Positions 24,369-37,336 of a DNA stretch of 64,000 bases are shown here, piece after piece. Both the position numbers and the translations under genes were made by a program. The stretch spans positions 6,820,001 to 6,884,000 of the forward strand of contig OZ024747.1 in the NCBI GenBank assembly GCA_964016885.1, given 5' to 3'. The DNA comes from Eledone cirrhosa (lineage: Eukaryota). Numbering within the stretch: position 1 is the stretch's first letter; each line of letters begins with the position of its first letter. The notes beneath the pieces are model-generated. The model was not told where the DNA came from, did no database searches, and saw only the letters and a list, made by a program, of their open reading frames with translations.

Positions 24369-25289
24369 GTGTCCCAAAAAAATGTTTTCACACTTTTATT
24401 AGAATGCTGTTGAAGTGTATATACATTTTTGGGGACACCCTCTATATATATATATCATCATCATCACCGTTTAACATTTATCTTCCACACTAGCATGGGT
24501 TAGACGGGTTTGTCCCATTTAGAGGCAAGTTGGGTAGGGTGACTGTGTCTCCCTCATAGGACTTTCTGGCTGGTTGTCTACTGCTGGATACCCTTCCTAA
24601 TTCCAACCACATTTACAGTGTGTGCTGGGTGCTTTTTGTCGTGACACCTACACAACCACTTTACAGTGTGGGCTAGATGTTTTGCATGACCTGCTAAAAG
24701 TAACAACCAAATCTCCCTCAAATATCACTCTACTCTCTTAAGACTAAAAAAAAAGAAAAAAGAAAGCCACATTGAATAGATAGTGTAGCTATCAATATAC
24801 ATAAAAATATGGAACAGTTAAGGTGGAAACACTTGATATGTTTACTCAATCAGCACTGACCTAGGGCTAAACACCAACATTTCCTAGGAAGCTAGACACC
24901 CAACTGAAGGAGGTAGACATAACCTACAACTTGAATCATACAAGCAGCTGGCTTAGATTATAACACTTCACTCTGACAGCAGTTTAATGACTTCATGTAA
25001 ATATATTTGTTCATTGTTGTCTGGATTATATAACAAAACAGCTTTGTGTCTTTCTTTCTTTTTCATGATGTGACTTCTCTTTCATTGTTTCTTCCTCCTC
25101 TTCCCCTCTACTGGTTGGACAAGAAAAGATTCACAATTATATTCATACACACACACACATTATATGTGTATATAGATATATATGTGTATACATTATATAT
25201 ATATAGATAAGTTTATCCCGTGTTCAACCGGGGGTAAATACAGTAAGTAAGGTACTCAATACAAAGCAGAGTATAAATATTTAATATAA

Positions 25290-26440
25290 ATAATAATAAT
25301 GAGATTATTGTGTAAAGTGCTCAGGTGCACTACAACTTGTCAAAGGTGCATGTATAGTACATAGAATAACATACAAATGTCAGGGAAGTGAATAGTGTAT
25401 GAGTCATGATATACATGTGTGTATGTGTATGGAGAGGGAACATTAGGTGTAGTGTTGGCGAATCTCGGGAAGAATGGAGGTTTTGAAGGATGCAGTGTCT
25501 CAACAGCTAACAACTGACGCAGGCAGTTTGTTCCATGCTTCAGCAACTCTGAGCGTGGTGAAAAAATGTTTCCGAAAGTCATGGGAACTGTGTTGTTTTC
25601 TGATTTTGTGGGCATGCCCACGTGTGTTAGAGACATGGAAATCAAAAAGGTATTCAGGGTTGTTGTTGGCAAGATGGTTAATAATTTTGTGGGTGTTTTG
25701 AGCTTCAATGTATCCATGCCCAGGGAAGCAAGGCGTTCAGTGTATGGTAGATGCCTGATGGAGGGTATTCGCTTGGTTGCACATCTCTGAACAGTTTCCA
25801 GGTGATCAATGTTCTGAGCAAGATAGGGGTTCCAGACTGGTGATGCAAATTCTAAGTGTGGCCACACCATAGCCATGTACAGCCTTAAATAGATAGCTGG
25901 AGAGTGGCTGACAAAGATCTTGCTGAATGATGCTAAGATACCCTCGGCCCTCTTGACGATTTTAGAGACGTGCTTTGTCCAATGCAAATTGCTGCTGACC
26001 GTAATGCCCAGGTCACATTCACAAGAAGATTTCTTGATATTAGTGCTGTGGAGGGAGTATGTGGACGCTGGGTTTTTACTCCCAAAATGCATGGTGGTAC
26101 ACTTGTCCACAGCTAGCTTGAGTTGCCAGTCTGAGATCCATTGTTGCATTGTGTCCAGGTCAGACTGCAAGCAAGATCTATAGTGTTCAGGATCTGTCCT
26201 TTTTATCTCAAGGTACAGCTTGATGTCATCTGCGTACTTTAATACTGTGACATTCTTTAAGTTGGCGTCTATGTCATTAATATATGCCACAAACAAAAGG
26301 GGACCAAAAACAGATCCCTGTGGTACACCAGAGGACATCTCATATGGTGAGGAATGCTGCCCCGGAACCGTGACTACCTCTCTTCGACCGAGAATGAAGG
26401 ACTTCAACCAGTTAAAAAGATCATCCTTCACACCCATATA
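25290..26440 (-). mobile_element. 5'-truncated CR1-clade LINE (RT C-terminal half and 3' UTR)
   Basis: GVPQGSVFGPLLF, YADD, HLEFASPVWNPY, ETVQR, then after a frameshift TRGH..FF.LRV...WNKLP. Ends in an (ATT)n tail near 25290. Confidence 0.92.
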
Positions 26441-27384
26441 TCAGTTTCCTGATGATTTCTCACAAATGAAACAGTTCTAGACCTGTAGAAGCTTTTCTAT
26501 ATGTAAATATATATATATGAGAGAGAGAGACATGTAAAATCTTGACTGCGCTACAAAGCTTGTGTGTTCAATATTGAGTGCACCCATGATCAGTTGTCTC
26601 CCCACCGCACACTCTCTGTCTCTCTGTACATATGTATATATATATATATACACAGTACATATATATATATACACAGTATGTATATATATATACACAGTAT
26701 GTATATATATGTATATATATATATATATGTCAGGTCACCAGTTGGTGCTACTGGTAACATGTATCCCAGTACAACCTGACCCATGGTCGGGTCGTTGGCG
26801 ACTAAACTGGCAACCCCACCAAGGTTTCTTGGTGAGGAGGGTGACTTTGGACATCCTGCAGGACTAAAAACAAAACCTGTCAAAGGGCAAAGGAGCTCTT
26901 AAGAGTCAATGGCCATCCCAAATCACCGGGAGAGATGACCCCTTAGCCTTTGTCAAGGCAGAATTCTAGGAGAAGGAAAACTCTGATATAACACCTGCAA
27001 CTCTGATGGTATCCAATTATGTTGACTTGTTCTTCTTTTTGGTAAATATCATCTTGGTTAAGAGAGTGGGACTGGCTTTGTGCAGTGCCTTTGCTCACTA
27101 TAAAAGCTTCATGACACAGGCATTGCTTTATATCTGGAGATCTCTCTGCACTTGTCGTCACATGGTACCATGGGCCCAGCACTATGTGTCAATAATTGTC
27201 ACAAGTGTAGTGTTTGTACCAGAGTTTTCAAGTCACTGGCTGGACTAAAAAGTCACACTCATTCAGCGCATCGATAGGGATTCTCCAGTGGTTCTACTAC
27301 ATGGAGATAAAGTAGTGGCCGTACTCGAAAACAAGTTGGCAGCCACCATATATATATATGTATATACAGTATGTATGTAAAAAT

Positions 27385-27598
27385 TTGTCGATCGACTTTC
27401 ATCAAATCGGACCGAGGAAACGATGTTTCCGTTGGTCTTTCCAATTGCTAATACTGTCTATCGGTTGCAACTCCAGGTAGAAGGAGCAACGGGAAATAAA
27501 GTGTCTTGCTCAAGGACATAACACATCGCCTGGTCCACCAAACGAACTCACAACCTCACGATTGCGAATCCAGTTCTTTAACCCATCAGCCACACGCC

Positions 27599-27602
<4 letters not shown>
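27385..27602 (-). mobile_element. Second copy of the 23530 SINE, inverted
   Basis: Reverse complement of 23530-23747 (GGACCGAGGAAAC..TCTTTCCAATTGCTAATAC..CTTGCTCAAGGACATAAC). Confidence 0.85.
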
Positions 27603-27649
<47 letters not shown>

Positions 27650-28590
27650 ATACACTGTACACACACACACATATAGTGTGTGCGTACTGTGTTGGTATAT
27701 ATAAATATGACTAGTCAATCACCTGCTTTAACAACATTTTGAAAACTATGGTGAGATGAACAACTGATGTTGCTGAACAATCACCTGTTATGAAATGTTT
27801 TAAGTTTCATGAACTGTATCAACTTAGTAATCAAAGCACTGTTCATACAATGTTAGTGTGTGTGTGTGTGCAGTGGTGTTTGTGCATGTGTTGTATTAGT
27901 AAGTTGTCTAGTGTAGAGTTGTATATTTGAAGCTATATGTAAGTCTGTCTGTTCAACATTTAAGTACTATATATATCATCATCATCATTTAACGTCCATC
28001 TTCCACGCTAGCATGGGTTACTTGTCAAAAATTATTAGAGTTAAATTCTAACGCATCATATTTTGACATTTGATTGAGTGTATGACTAATCTCTCCTCTC
28101 GTTTTTTTTCTTTTCTCTTATTTTGCCTTTCTTTTATTTTAATATAACATCATTTGCTTGTTGAACTGTTAAAGTGTCAAACCATATTTACTTGTGTATA
28201 AATGACACCTTTTACCATGAAAAATATACCATGAATAAACAGCCCACCATTTATCTACAATATCTCAATTTAAAATATATAGGGTGTTGTATGTAAAATG
28301 TAGGTGTGACTTACCTGCTGGTGTGACTTATACACGCATATATACAGTAATTCTGTATGCATGCTAGTGGCTATCACTTCAAGTTTGAAATAAGATATAT
28401 ATTATAACAATTGCACTACAGTATGCTAAATTGTTCTAAAATTAGTGCAAGTTTCATCTAGAATGACCATGGGCAAGAGAAAACCAAGATGTTGTTGGGG
28501 AGGATTTTATATGAATGATAATGGCTGTTGTCTTCCCATTTACAGATACACACTGAAACTAAACTGTGTAGGCATCTTACTAGCTGATAA

Positions 28591-28637
<47 letters not shown>

Positions 28638-28751
28638 AAGTTTAACCCCGACAGCAGAGCTGAGTGTGTGTGTGTGTATTGTTTTAGCGCAAAATAAAGT
28701 GCATATATATATATATAAATATGCATATATATATATATATATATATAAATA

Positions 28752-28805
<54 letters not shown>

Positions 28806-29189
28806 GTGTGTGTGAGAGAGAAATTCTTTCAAATTCAATATAGTTTTAGTACGAGTTGTCTCCCATTAACTTTTTTATTGTTGATGAATGGATTTAGCTT
28901 TGACGTTCAGTATAGTGCAACTACAATTGTTTTGATGATTTAAAACGGTGGCAAATAGCATCAGATTTTGAAGATATAAAACAAAGGACATTTATAGAAT
29001 AAAATGGCGAATTGAAGATAGCGAGTTTGGCTTTTAGACCTACCCCATTATTACACCAGCTCCAATAATTCTTACATTTAATTCAGTCTCCTGTCCTCCA
29101 TCACGCCTGAAAATAGCCCAGAGGTGCTTGAACTACGTGGTGCACCTGAGCACTGTACACACGTTTTCATTATTATTATCATGTTCCAA

Positions 29190-29382
29190 TGGCAATGGAT
29201 TGGCAGTATCGGTAGAGAGTCGGACACCATGCTTTGCAGCATACAGTTACGGTCCTTTACAGTCCGAGTTCAAATCCCGCCAGGGTTAACCTTGCCTTTC
29301 ATCCTTACGGGGTCGATAAAATAAAGTACCAGTGATGCACTGGATAATTGCTGGCTTTGTGCCAAAAGTAGAAATAATTATT
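29190..29382 (+). mobile_element. Representative copy of the dominant tRNA-derived SINE (about 185 bp, about 30 copies in the window on both strands)
   Basis: A-box TGGCAGTATCGG, B-box GAGTTCAAATCC, core GCCTTTCATCCTTACGGGGTCGATAAAATAAAGTACCAG, tail GTAGAAACAATTATT. Other copies at about 750, 1430, 5070, 5285, 11385, 13720, 19710, 21060, 31805, 33060, 36790, 45935, 58665 and 62370. Confidence 0.88.
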
Positions 29383-29404
29383 GTCGTAGTAGTAGTGGTC
29401 AATC

Positions 29405-29798
29405 TGTCAGGCAGACATGGCTGGCTGTCTGGCTGTGTCGGTGGTCGAGAAGGTAGAAGCCAGTAAGGGCCAGCAGAGAGAAAGGATAAAAGGTCTACAG
29501 ATGCCTACATCGTTATCACTTGCTGACTGCTGCTTCGGGTCTGTGTTTGGGTTTCCTAAGTCATTGTATTTATAATTAGTGCTAAAGTTAGAAGGATGTG
29601 TATATGAGGTTGATTTATGATCAGCCATGTGGATATTGTCTCCCCAAAAGCTGGGGTCACAGGTCAAGTGAAATGTATGTTTATCATCGTTGACCTGATA
29701 AGACAACGATAGAGAGTCCCAGAGGCGAGAAACCTTAGATTCGGTTTCGAATCTTCGCCGGTAAAACATAGGAGTATTCCGTTATAATCGTTACCACA
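29405..29798 (-). mobile_element. Truncated LTR-like element, inverted relative of 30347-31012
   Basis: Begins TGTGGTAAC on the minus strand and is homologous to 30350-30720 over about 370 bp, including TATAAATA. Confidence 0.6.
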
Positions 29799-30346
29799 AA
29801 ACCACGCACCTTCCCACAGTTTCTGTCTGTCAAAATACACTCACAAAGCTTTGGTCTATGAAAATGCGACGCAGTGAGGTCGAACCCGGGACTATATGGT
29901 TACGAATTGACTTTAATCATACAACAATACCTGCCTTATGCTAAACATAGACATCCATTATATGATTGAAAGGGAAACACTAAAGCGATTTCGTGTTGCT
30001 TTTCTTAAGTTCATACAAGGGTTTAAGACCAATATTATTAGTTATGTAATAACATGCGACGAAAATTTCTGTTTGTCCGAGATATAGCATTGATTCTTAG
30101 CGTAGACGACAGCGCCAATGGAATCGTCCACTTACAGCTCCGAATTTATATAATTTCTTGCAGATTGTTTGCTTCAGTTAATGATTGTTTCCACCAAGCC
30201 AGTTCAGCAATCTGCTTGAAGTTATTAGGTATTACTAATAGGTATGGGCGTGAATTTTCTTTTAAAATCTTAATATTCTAGACATGAAGTATTTATACTT
30301 GTTTATAGATTTTCCTATTTCTTCAAAATAATATATTCTAGTTATT

Positions 30347-31012
30347 TGATATAACGAAATACTCCTATGTTTTACCGGAGAAGATTCGAAACCGAATCTG
30401 AGGTTTCTCGCCTCTGGGACCACACATTATTGGAAGGTTCCACCATTGTCCTGTCAGGACAACGATGATAAACATACATACTACTTGACCTGTGACCCCA
30501 GCTTCCTGGGAGACGATATCCACATGGCTGATCATAAATCAACCTCATATACACATCCTTCTAACTATAGCATTATTATAAATACAAGGACTTGAGGAAT
30601 CTATCGGCCAGAGAGACCGAAGCAAGCAGTCCGTGTTAAGGTTCATGATGTAGCAGACCTTTTACTCTCTCCTGGCCTCACTGGTTCTCACCTTATCGGC
30701 CACAGACACAGCAGTCCTTGAGACGAATAATGTATTCTAAGAACACAGACAGACAGACAGACAGAGAAAGTTCATATTGTTTACATTCTACGCTCATTCT
30801 ATTCTTCTGTCTCACTGTGATATTGTAACGTATTAATACATACATTCATGCTAGTTCGTAGAAGCTCGTCAGCTAATCAATGTAGGGATAATTCATGTCA
30901 TAAATATTATTACTCGATGTTGAAAGTGAATATTGTTGTTATAAAATAAATGTTGTTAACAACTCAATCATGGCATTATTCTTTTCATCAAACACCCATC
31001 TTCAGAATAACA
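30347..31012 (+). mobile_element. Solo LTR-like element (about 665 bp)
   Basis: TGATAT...ATAACA termini, TATAAATA at about 30577, AATAAA at about 30945. TSD is imperfect (TATT/TTTT). Confidence 0.6.
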
Positions 31013-31106
31013 TTTTATCCACTACATTGACAAACTAACGAATTGATTCTGTGGTTTATCTATTTATTTTTTATTTAAAAAAAAATTATATATATTTAAA
31101 AAGGAA

Positions 31107-31660
31107 ATGGAAAAATGCCACACAACTGCCAAATGTTCGTCAGATGAGTTACAACTGTTTAATCCGATAAATGAAGATGAAGACAACACATGTATCTCGA
31201 TTGAAAAAGCAAGAAAACCGTTCAAATTTAAGTTCGGTAACCAGTTGTATATCTACAAGAAAACCCACAAGCGTTTAAAAATTCATCGTTGTAAAATGTG
31301 CACTAGATCGTTTGTCAATCCACTAATGTTGCAGTGTCATATGCGAAAACACTTTAATCAAAGTATGTTACATTTGGATTTCTTATGGTAAATATTTTAT
31401 TTATCAACGCGTATTCATTTACAAATTCCCGAAACTATATCTGTATACGTTTCAGAACTGGGGATGATTTATCTTGCTATATTATTGGTCTCATTGGTAC
31501 ATCTACTATTTCTAAATATTGTGGTAAAGAGTTAAGCCGGAAAGATCGGTTGACCTTACAACATTCCGATTCACATAAAGCTTTGACATTTCAAACATGT
31601 GGTGTATCTTTTAGTAGTCAACATCACTTAACCGAGTTATATAAAGTGTATCGCAACTAA
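31107..31660 (+). pseudogene. Decayed C2H2 zinc-finger gene
   Basis: One intact finger (CKMCTRSFVNPLMLQCHMRKH), then a frameshift and broken fingers (YCGKELSRKDRLT, TCGVSFSSQHHLT). Confidence 0.7.
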
Positions 31661-32264
31661 CAATAACTGCTTATTAGTACTGCATTATAAATTCGTAATC
31701 TTTAATTACTACTACACGCTTACCCCTACAACTGTTCCAAATGACTCTCAGATTTAACTTCTAATAACCAATACCATTGTTATTATTAACTGTCAAGTGC
31801 GTACATGCTTTGCAGCATATAGTTACGTCCCTTTACGTTCTGAGTTCAAATCCCACCGAGGTTAGTTTTACCTTTCATCTTTACGGGGTCAATAAAGGGA
31901 AGTACCAGTAACGTACTGGATCGATTCAATCGACTTTTCCTCTCCCCCAACAAATTGTTAGCCTTATGCCTTCTAAATGAGAAACAATTATTAGGTGTCA
32001 AGTAAATTAAAGTGATTTTTACATTGTGTGTGAAATACGTGGCCATCCATACATGCATATGTAGTTACAGTAGTCACCTTGATACTAAATCAGAAGCGAA
32101 TGTCAATGTCCAATTGTTATAATAAAAATTAACATTGATATTGTTCATTATCTTTAGTAAAACACAGGCTAAATATTAATTTTCCAATTGTGAGGTTCCT
32201 AGCAATAGTTAATTGTATTTATTATGTGTTTATATTTTCATTCTGAAAGAATTGTGAACAATTT

Positions 32265-32830
32265 AGAACCCTCTAGGTTGTCCAGAAGCGACGGCAAAAG
32301 ACCTGACGGCCTTACCCTGTGCCCCTGGTCGACAGGCAGGTGCCCCTGGTCTGAGACGTCACTGTTAGTGACTCTTTTGCTCTCTCACACATCCTGGATG
32401 CTGCGGTTAGGACGAGAACCACAGCTTCTGCAGCCGAGCGGAGTAAGACCCTCAAATACTCTGATCTGTCGGCCAGCTACATTTTTGAGCCTGTGGTTTT
32501 CGAGACATTTGGGGGAGTCGGGCCGCTGACTGCGAGGTTCCGCTTTTCACTGGCGGCTCGCCTAATAGAGGTAACTGGCGAATCTCGCGAGGGCGCTTGG
32601 TTGTTCCAGCGCATTAGCCTCGCTATTACCCGAGGTAACACTGCGAGTGTGTTGGCTTGCCTCGCGACGTTGCTGTCTTTTGCTCTGGTGTTGGCTCAGT
32701 TCACCCCTTCCTTTACATTTTCTTTAATATTAAAAGAATATATCTTTCTGAAAGAGTCGCGAGCAATTTATGTTATCTAAGCATTTGTAATGTTATTTAT
32801 GTATATTTTTACAACTGTGAATAAAATATT
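32265..32830 (+). mobile_element. 5'-truncated CRE-like non-LTR retrotransposon, restriction-like endonuclease (RLE) C-terminus
   Basis: EP..L.RSDGKRPDGLTL.PW..G, frameshift, LV*DVT..D..AE..K..KY..F.PV.FET.G..G..QRISLAITRGN, followed by AATAAA. GC-rich against its flanks. Confidence 0.8.
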
Positions 32831-32849
32831 TGTGTGAAAATATTTATAG

Positions 32850-33000
32850 CAGGCATGGGCAACCTTTTTTGAGCGGTAGGCCGCTTAGGATGTGGCTCAA
32901 CATAAGGCGAGCCGCATTACAAAAAAAAAAAAAATCAAGGCAATTTAGAAATGTGTGCCGTTCAGATAACCAAATGGACTGCAGTCTGGCCACGACCGAT
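32850..33000 (+). mobile_element. hAT-type MITE left-end fragment
   Basis: Starts CAGGCATGGGCAACC, typical of hAT termini. The matching right end was not found. Confidence 0.4.
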
Positions 33001-34182
33001 TTATAGTGTCAATTTTTCATAAACACCGTTTTAATAAAAAAAAAAAAAGGGTTAAATAACTGTTTCTACTTTAGGCACAAGGCCAGCAATCACCCAGTGC
33101 ATTACTGGTACTTTATTTTATCGACCCCGTAAGGATGAAAGGCAAAGTCAACCTCGGCGGGATTTGAACTCAGATCATAAAGGGACGTAACTATGCTGGA
33201 AAGCATGGCGTCCGACCCTCTACCGATACTGCCAATCCACCGCCAAAAAAGGTTAAATAACACCTTCCTGTCATGAATATAAATGTTGGAGAGGGTAGAC
33301 CCTGATATAAAAACATACGTGATAGTCACGACTGGAACGTCTTTGATCCTGTGTGCGAGATAAGAGTTGATCTGGTGCTAAGCAACAGCAGCAACAAGCA
33401 TACATGCGCGCAAATACAAGTATGCTCACGAACGTACACTCAACCTCACACATAAACACAAAATAAACCAATTTTGTTTCTTTATTTATACCACAAATGT
33501 TAAGCTCCCTAGAACCAGGTTTTACCAAAAGAAAGAAGAGAAGAGATCAGCCAGTGTTTCAATTATGCCTCACGGCTATGCTACTATATTTTGGCTTTGC
33601 TGAAAATAGATTTGGCTCCAATCTCATGCATGAGCGGTCAGCATTAGAAAGGGTTGCTAGCAAGCTTGCTCAATGGAAATTTCCATTTATAATTTATTTC
33701 TGTGGAATGTCAATCAACATCTCGTTCGACAGGAATTCCAGCCGTAACTATCACAACTATTCTAGCCAGTATATTCAGCTATTTAAACAAAAAAAAAAAA
33801 AAAAAAAAAATCCTATGGCAAGTTTGTTGAATATCATTAGGTTTTTTTGTTTGTTGTGTTTTTTTCCACGACAACCGAATTTACTTTTATTACTGTTGTT
33901 GAGGCAGAATCTTGCCAGTTTCCTCGGATTTAAGGAATTTTACTTATTTTTACGGGAGCATTTGAAAGAATTTTTGGTAAATTTATAGACATACATCCCT
34001 CTCGATTTAAGTGGGAATCGATTTTGTGTGTGTGCGTTATCAACTAATCTGACCGCCAAACATACCGCAATTGACTTTTCTCCTGGGAAAACAGAGGGGG
34101 GGGGGGTGGTGCGGGTATGACCTTCGGACTTCTCCCACCTCATTGTTTTCTTTACCATTTATTTTTTGTTTGTTTTTCGTGT

Positions 34183-34455
34183 TTTGAACTCAGAACGAAA
34201 AGGGCCATAACTCTATGCTGCAAAGCATGGTGTCTGACGCTCTACCGGTTCTGCCAATCCACCTATAATAATTGTTTCTACTTTTGGCGCAAGGCCAGCA
34301 ATTATTCCAGTGTATTACTGGTACTTTATTTTATCGACCCCGTAAGGATGAAAAGCAAAGTTAACCTCGGCGGGGTTTGAACTCAGACCGTAAAGGGGCG
34401 TAACTCTATGCTGCAAAGCATAGCGTCCGACCCTATACCGATACTGCCAATCCAC
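34183..34455 (-). mobile_element. Tandem dimer of the dominant SINE
   Basis: Two heads (..CTGCCAATCCACCTATAATAAT) at about 34250 and 34445. Confidence 0.8.
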
Positions 34456-35607
34456 CTATAATAATACCAGAGATTTAGCTGCTATTTCTAGTATGAGGTT
34501 GAGCGACTGCGAAGGTGGGGTGGGGGCTGAGGAAGAGCAATTGTCACGCTCTGATTCTACCAGAATCTACAGAATAATAGTCGTTCGCAGTTATTCAGCT
34601 GACTATTTGCAGAGCGTAGGTTTTGCTTGAACAATCTGTGAACAACAGCCACTATTTCCCCCTCACAATTACGAATGTTAGTAGCATAGCTAATGCAAAG
34701 AGAACAAGAACAAAAATTAACAAAAAAAAAACAAAAAAAACTGTACTGGACGGGAAATGATCAATAACAATCGATGACTAATATTATTTTGATTCTTTTG
34801 GTAAGAATAGGACAAACTTCGGTAATTTCAGTCATATCAAACTTCTTCAGCAAAGCATAGTCTTTGTCAAAGTAGTGATGAAGAACCAGTCAGTAAATGC
34901 CCACTTGTTGGCATAGAAAAATAGATGTGTTCTATGAATAAATTAGTAGCTTTGCAACTATTAAGTTCTTAAAATCGTTTTAGGTAAGGCAATACAATGC
35001 AACTGAAAGATCAAGGGGAGGGGACGGGGTGTGAAGTAAGACAAAACAAATCATCAGTATCCCTGACTGCATTATTCAAATGTGTCTTTTGTGTTAAGAG
35101 AATAGGGTGTGAACTTAGGGAAGATCTAGCCACTGTCTATAGTAGGTCGATCGACCTAGAAGATGTTACCTTGTTTTTCTTGAGTAAATATTTCTCGTTA
35201 TTTTACCCAGGGTCAACACTGATTGAGCCTCTATGATCAAAGTCATCCCACTTAAGACTGATTGGTTCTTTTTTTTAGAATATTTAGGACTACGCCATTA
35301 ATGTGTTATTTGTTGTTGCTACTGAATTTATAACATATTGTGCTCATTCACAAAAAAATGTATATCTCTCTAGTCATATACAATATACAGTAATGGTTAG
35401 ATTATACTTTGCTGATGAGGCATAATAATACCGAAACATGTTGGGAACTGCCACCGTATTGCTAAAGATCAAGTCACTTCTCATTACATTTGATACTTAA
35501 TTAAATATAATTTATAAAAATTTCGATGTTGTATCCCATTGTCTTTTATTTATTTATTTTGGGGCCAAAATTATTTATTTAGATAATGTTTGTTCTCATT
35601 ATTTGGA

Positions 35608-35952
35608 GGCAAAGTTAACCTCGGCGGGATTTGAACTATGGTCCGAGTTCAAATCCCGCCGAGGTTAACTTTATCTTTCATCCTTACGGGATCGAAAAAA
35701 ATAAAGTACCAGTAATACACTGAGATAACTGCTGGCCTTGTGCCAAAAGTAGAAACAATTATTTGGCAGTATCAGCAGAGGGTCGGACGCCATGCTTTGA
35801 CGCATAGAGTTACGTCCCTTTATGGTCTGAGTTCAAATCCCGCCGAGGTTAACTTTGCCTTTCATCCTTACGGGGTCGATAAAATAAAGTACCAGTAATG
35901 CACTGAGATAATTGGGATAATTGCTGGCCTTGTGCCAATAGTAGAAAATTAT
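35608..35952 (+). mobile_element. Dominant SINE cluster: short inverted fragment plus two tandem copies
   Basis: AAAGTTAACCTCGGCGGGATTTGAACT / AGTTCAAATCCCGCCGAGGTTAACTTT fold-back, followed by two cores and tails. Confidence 0.85.
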
Positions 35953-37298
35953 TAAGAGTGTACTCTGAGGTTTCGAATAATCCCCTCCCCCGCTTATTAA
36001 TTTTTCATATTTTTTCCACCCTACCCCGCCCTTATTCCCCCGCTATTGCTAATCTATTCCTGGCGAAATGTTATTTTAAGTGGTAGCATTCCTGCGATAA
36101 TAAATTTTCTTTATGCATTAAAAAACATTATACATGACCAAAAAAGTACATTACTAGAAATCCCATGTTAAAAAATATGTAAACTAAACGACTAATTCTG
36201 GTTTTAAAAAAATCAACAGAGACAACCTAGAAAAATTACTGATTTTCCACACACACACACACCGCTTATTCCAACCCACCCCTATTATTCGGGAATGTTA
36301 TTAAACTAAGAATATTTAATTAAAATATAGGAATGGACTTTCGACGATGAGTATTCCTGTTGTTTGATCATAAAATTAACATGTAAGTGGCTGAGCATTT
36401 CATAGACACGTATATCCTTAATGTAAATTCTCAGGGAGATTCGGCGTGGCACAGTGTTGGTTCTTTGAATTACAGGTAATGTCCATCTGATGATCTTCCA
36501 AACAGCTTTCGTTTAACCAATTTCATTCACACGGTATGGATCATCCCGAAGCTATGGTCAATGACACTTGCCCATAATGCCACGGAGAGGAAACGAACCC
36601 GAAACCCCATGATTGCGAAGCGAACTTCTTAGCCACGGTCATGCTATGTCCTGAGTTTAATATAGACAGTATGGTATAAACGATATTGGTGCTCCAGCTG
36701 AGTCGCAACTCATGGCTGGAACAGGTAAAAAGAGTAAAAATATATATCGGGTATATTCCCACTTCACTATTATCTCGACGGGATAAGGTCTGAGTTCAAA
36801 TGCCGTCGAGGTTAACTTTGCCTTTCATCCTTACGGAGTCGATAAAATAAAGTACCAGTAATGTACTGGGTGTTTCCTGGCCTTGTACCAAAAGTAGAAA
36901 CAACTATTATTTAAGTCTATTGGAAGAACCGTCACAGTATCAGACATAATACCTTTTGGTATTTCGTTAAGCCTCTGTTATGAAGTCGAGTTTCGCCGGT
37001 ATTGATTTAGCCTTTCGTTCTTCCATAATCGATAAAATAAAATACCAGTCAATCATGTACTGATCTGAACTAATCCATTATAACTGGTTCAAAATTTCAC
37101 TGTTAGAAACCATTATTTAATAAACAGAAAGTGACATAGGTTTATTTATACGAAAGTAAACAATTACTCAAGGAAAAAAAACTGCCAGCTCGGTTAGTTT
37201 GTACTTTAGTGTTTGTTGGTCGTAGCTTGTGACAGCGTCTTGTCAAACTTCGCTCTTTAATTACTGAACATTCTTTCATATACTCTGGAAAGTCGTGG

Positions 37299-37336
<38 letters not shown>

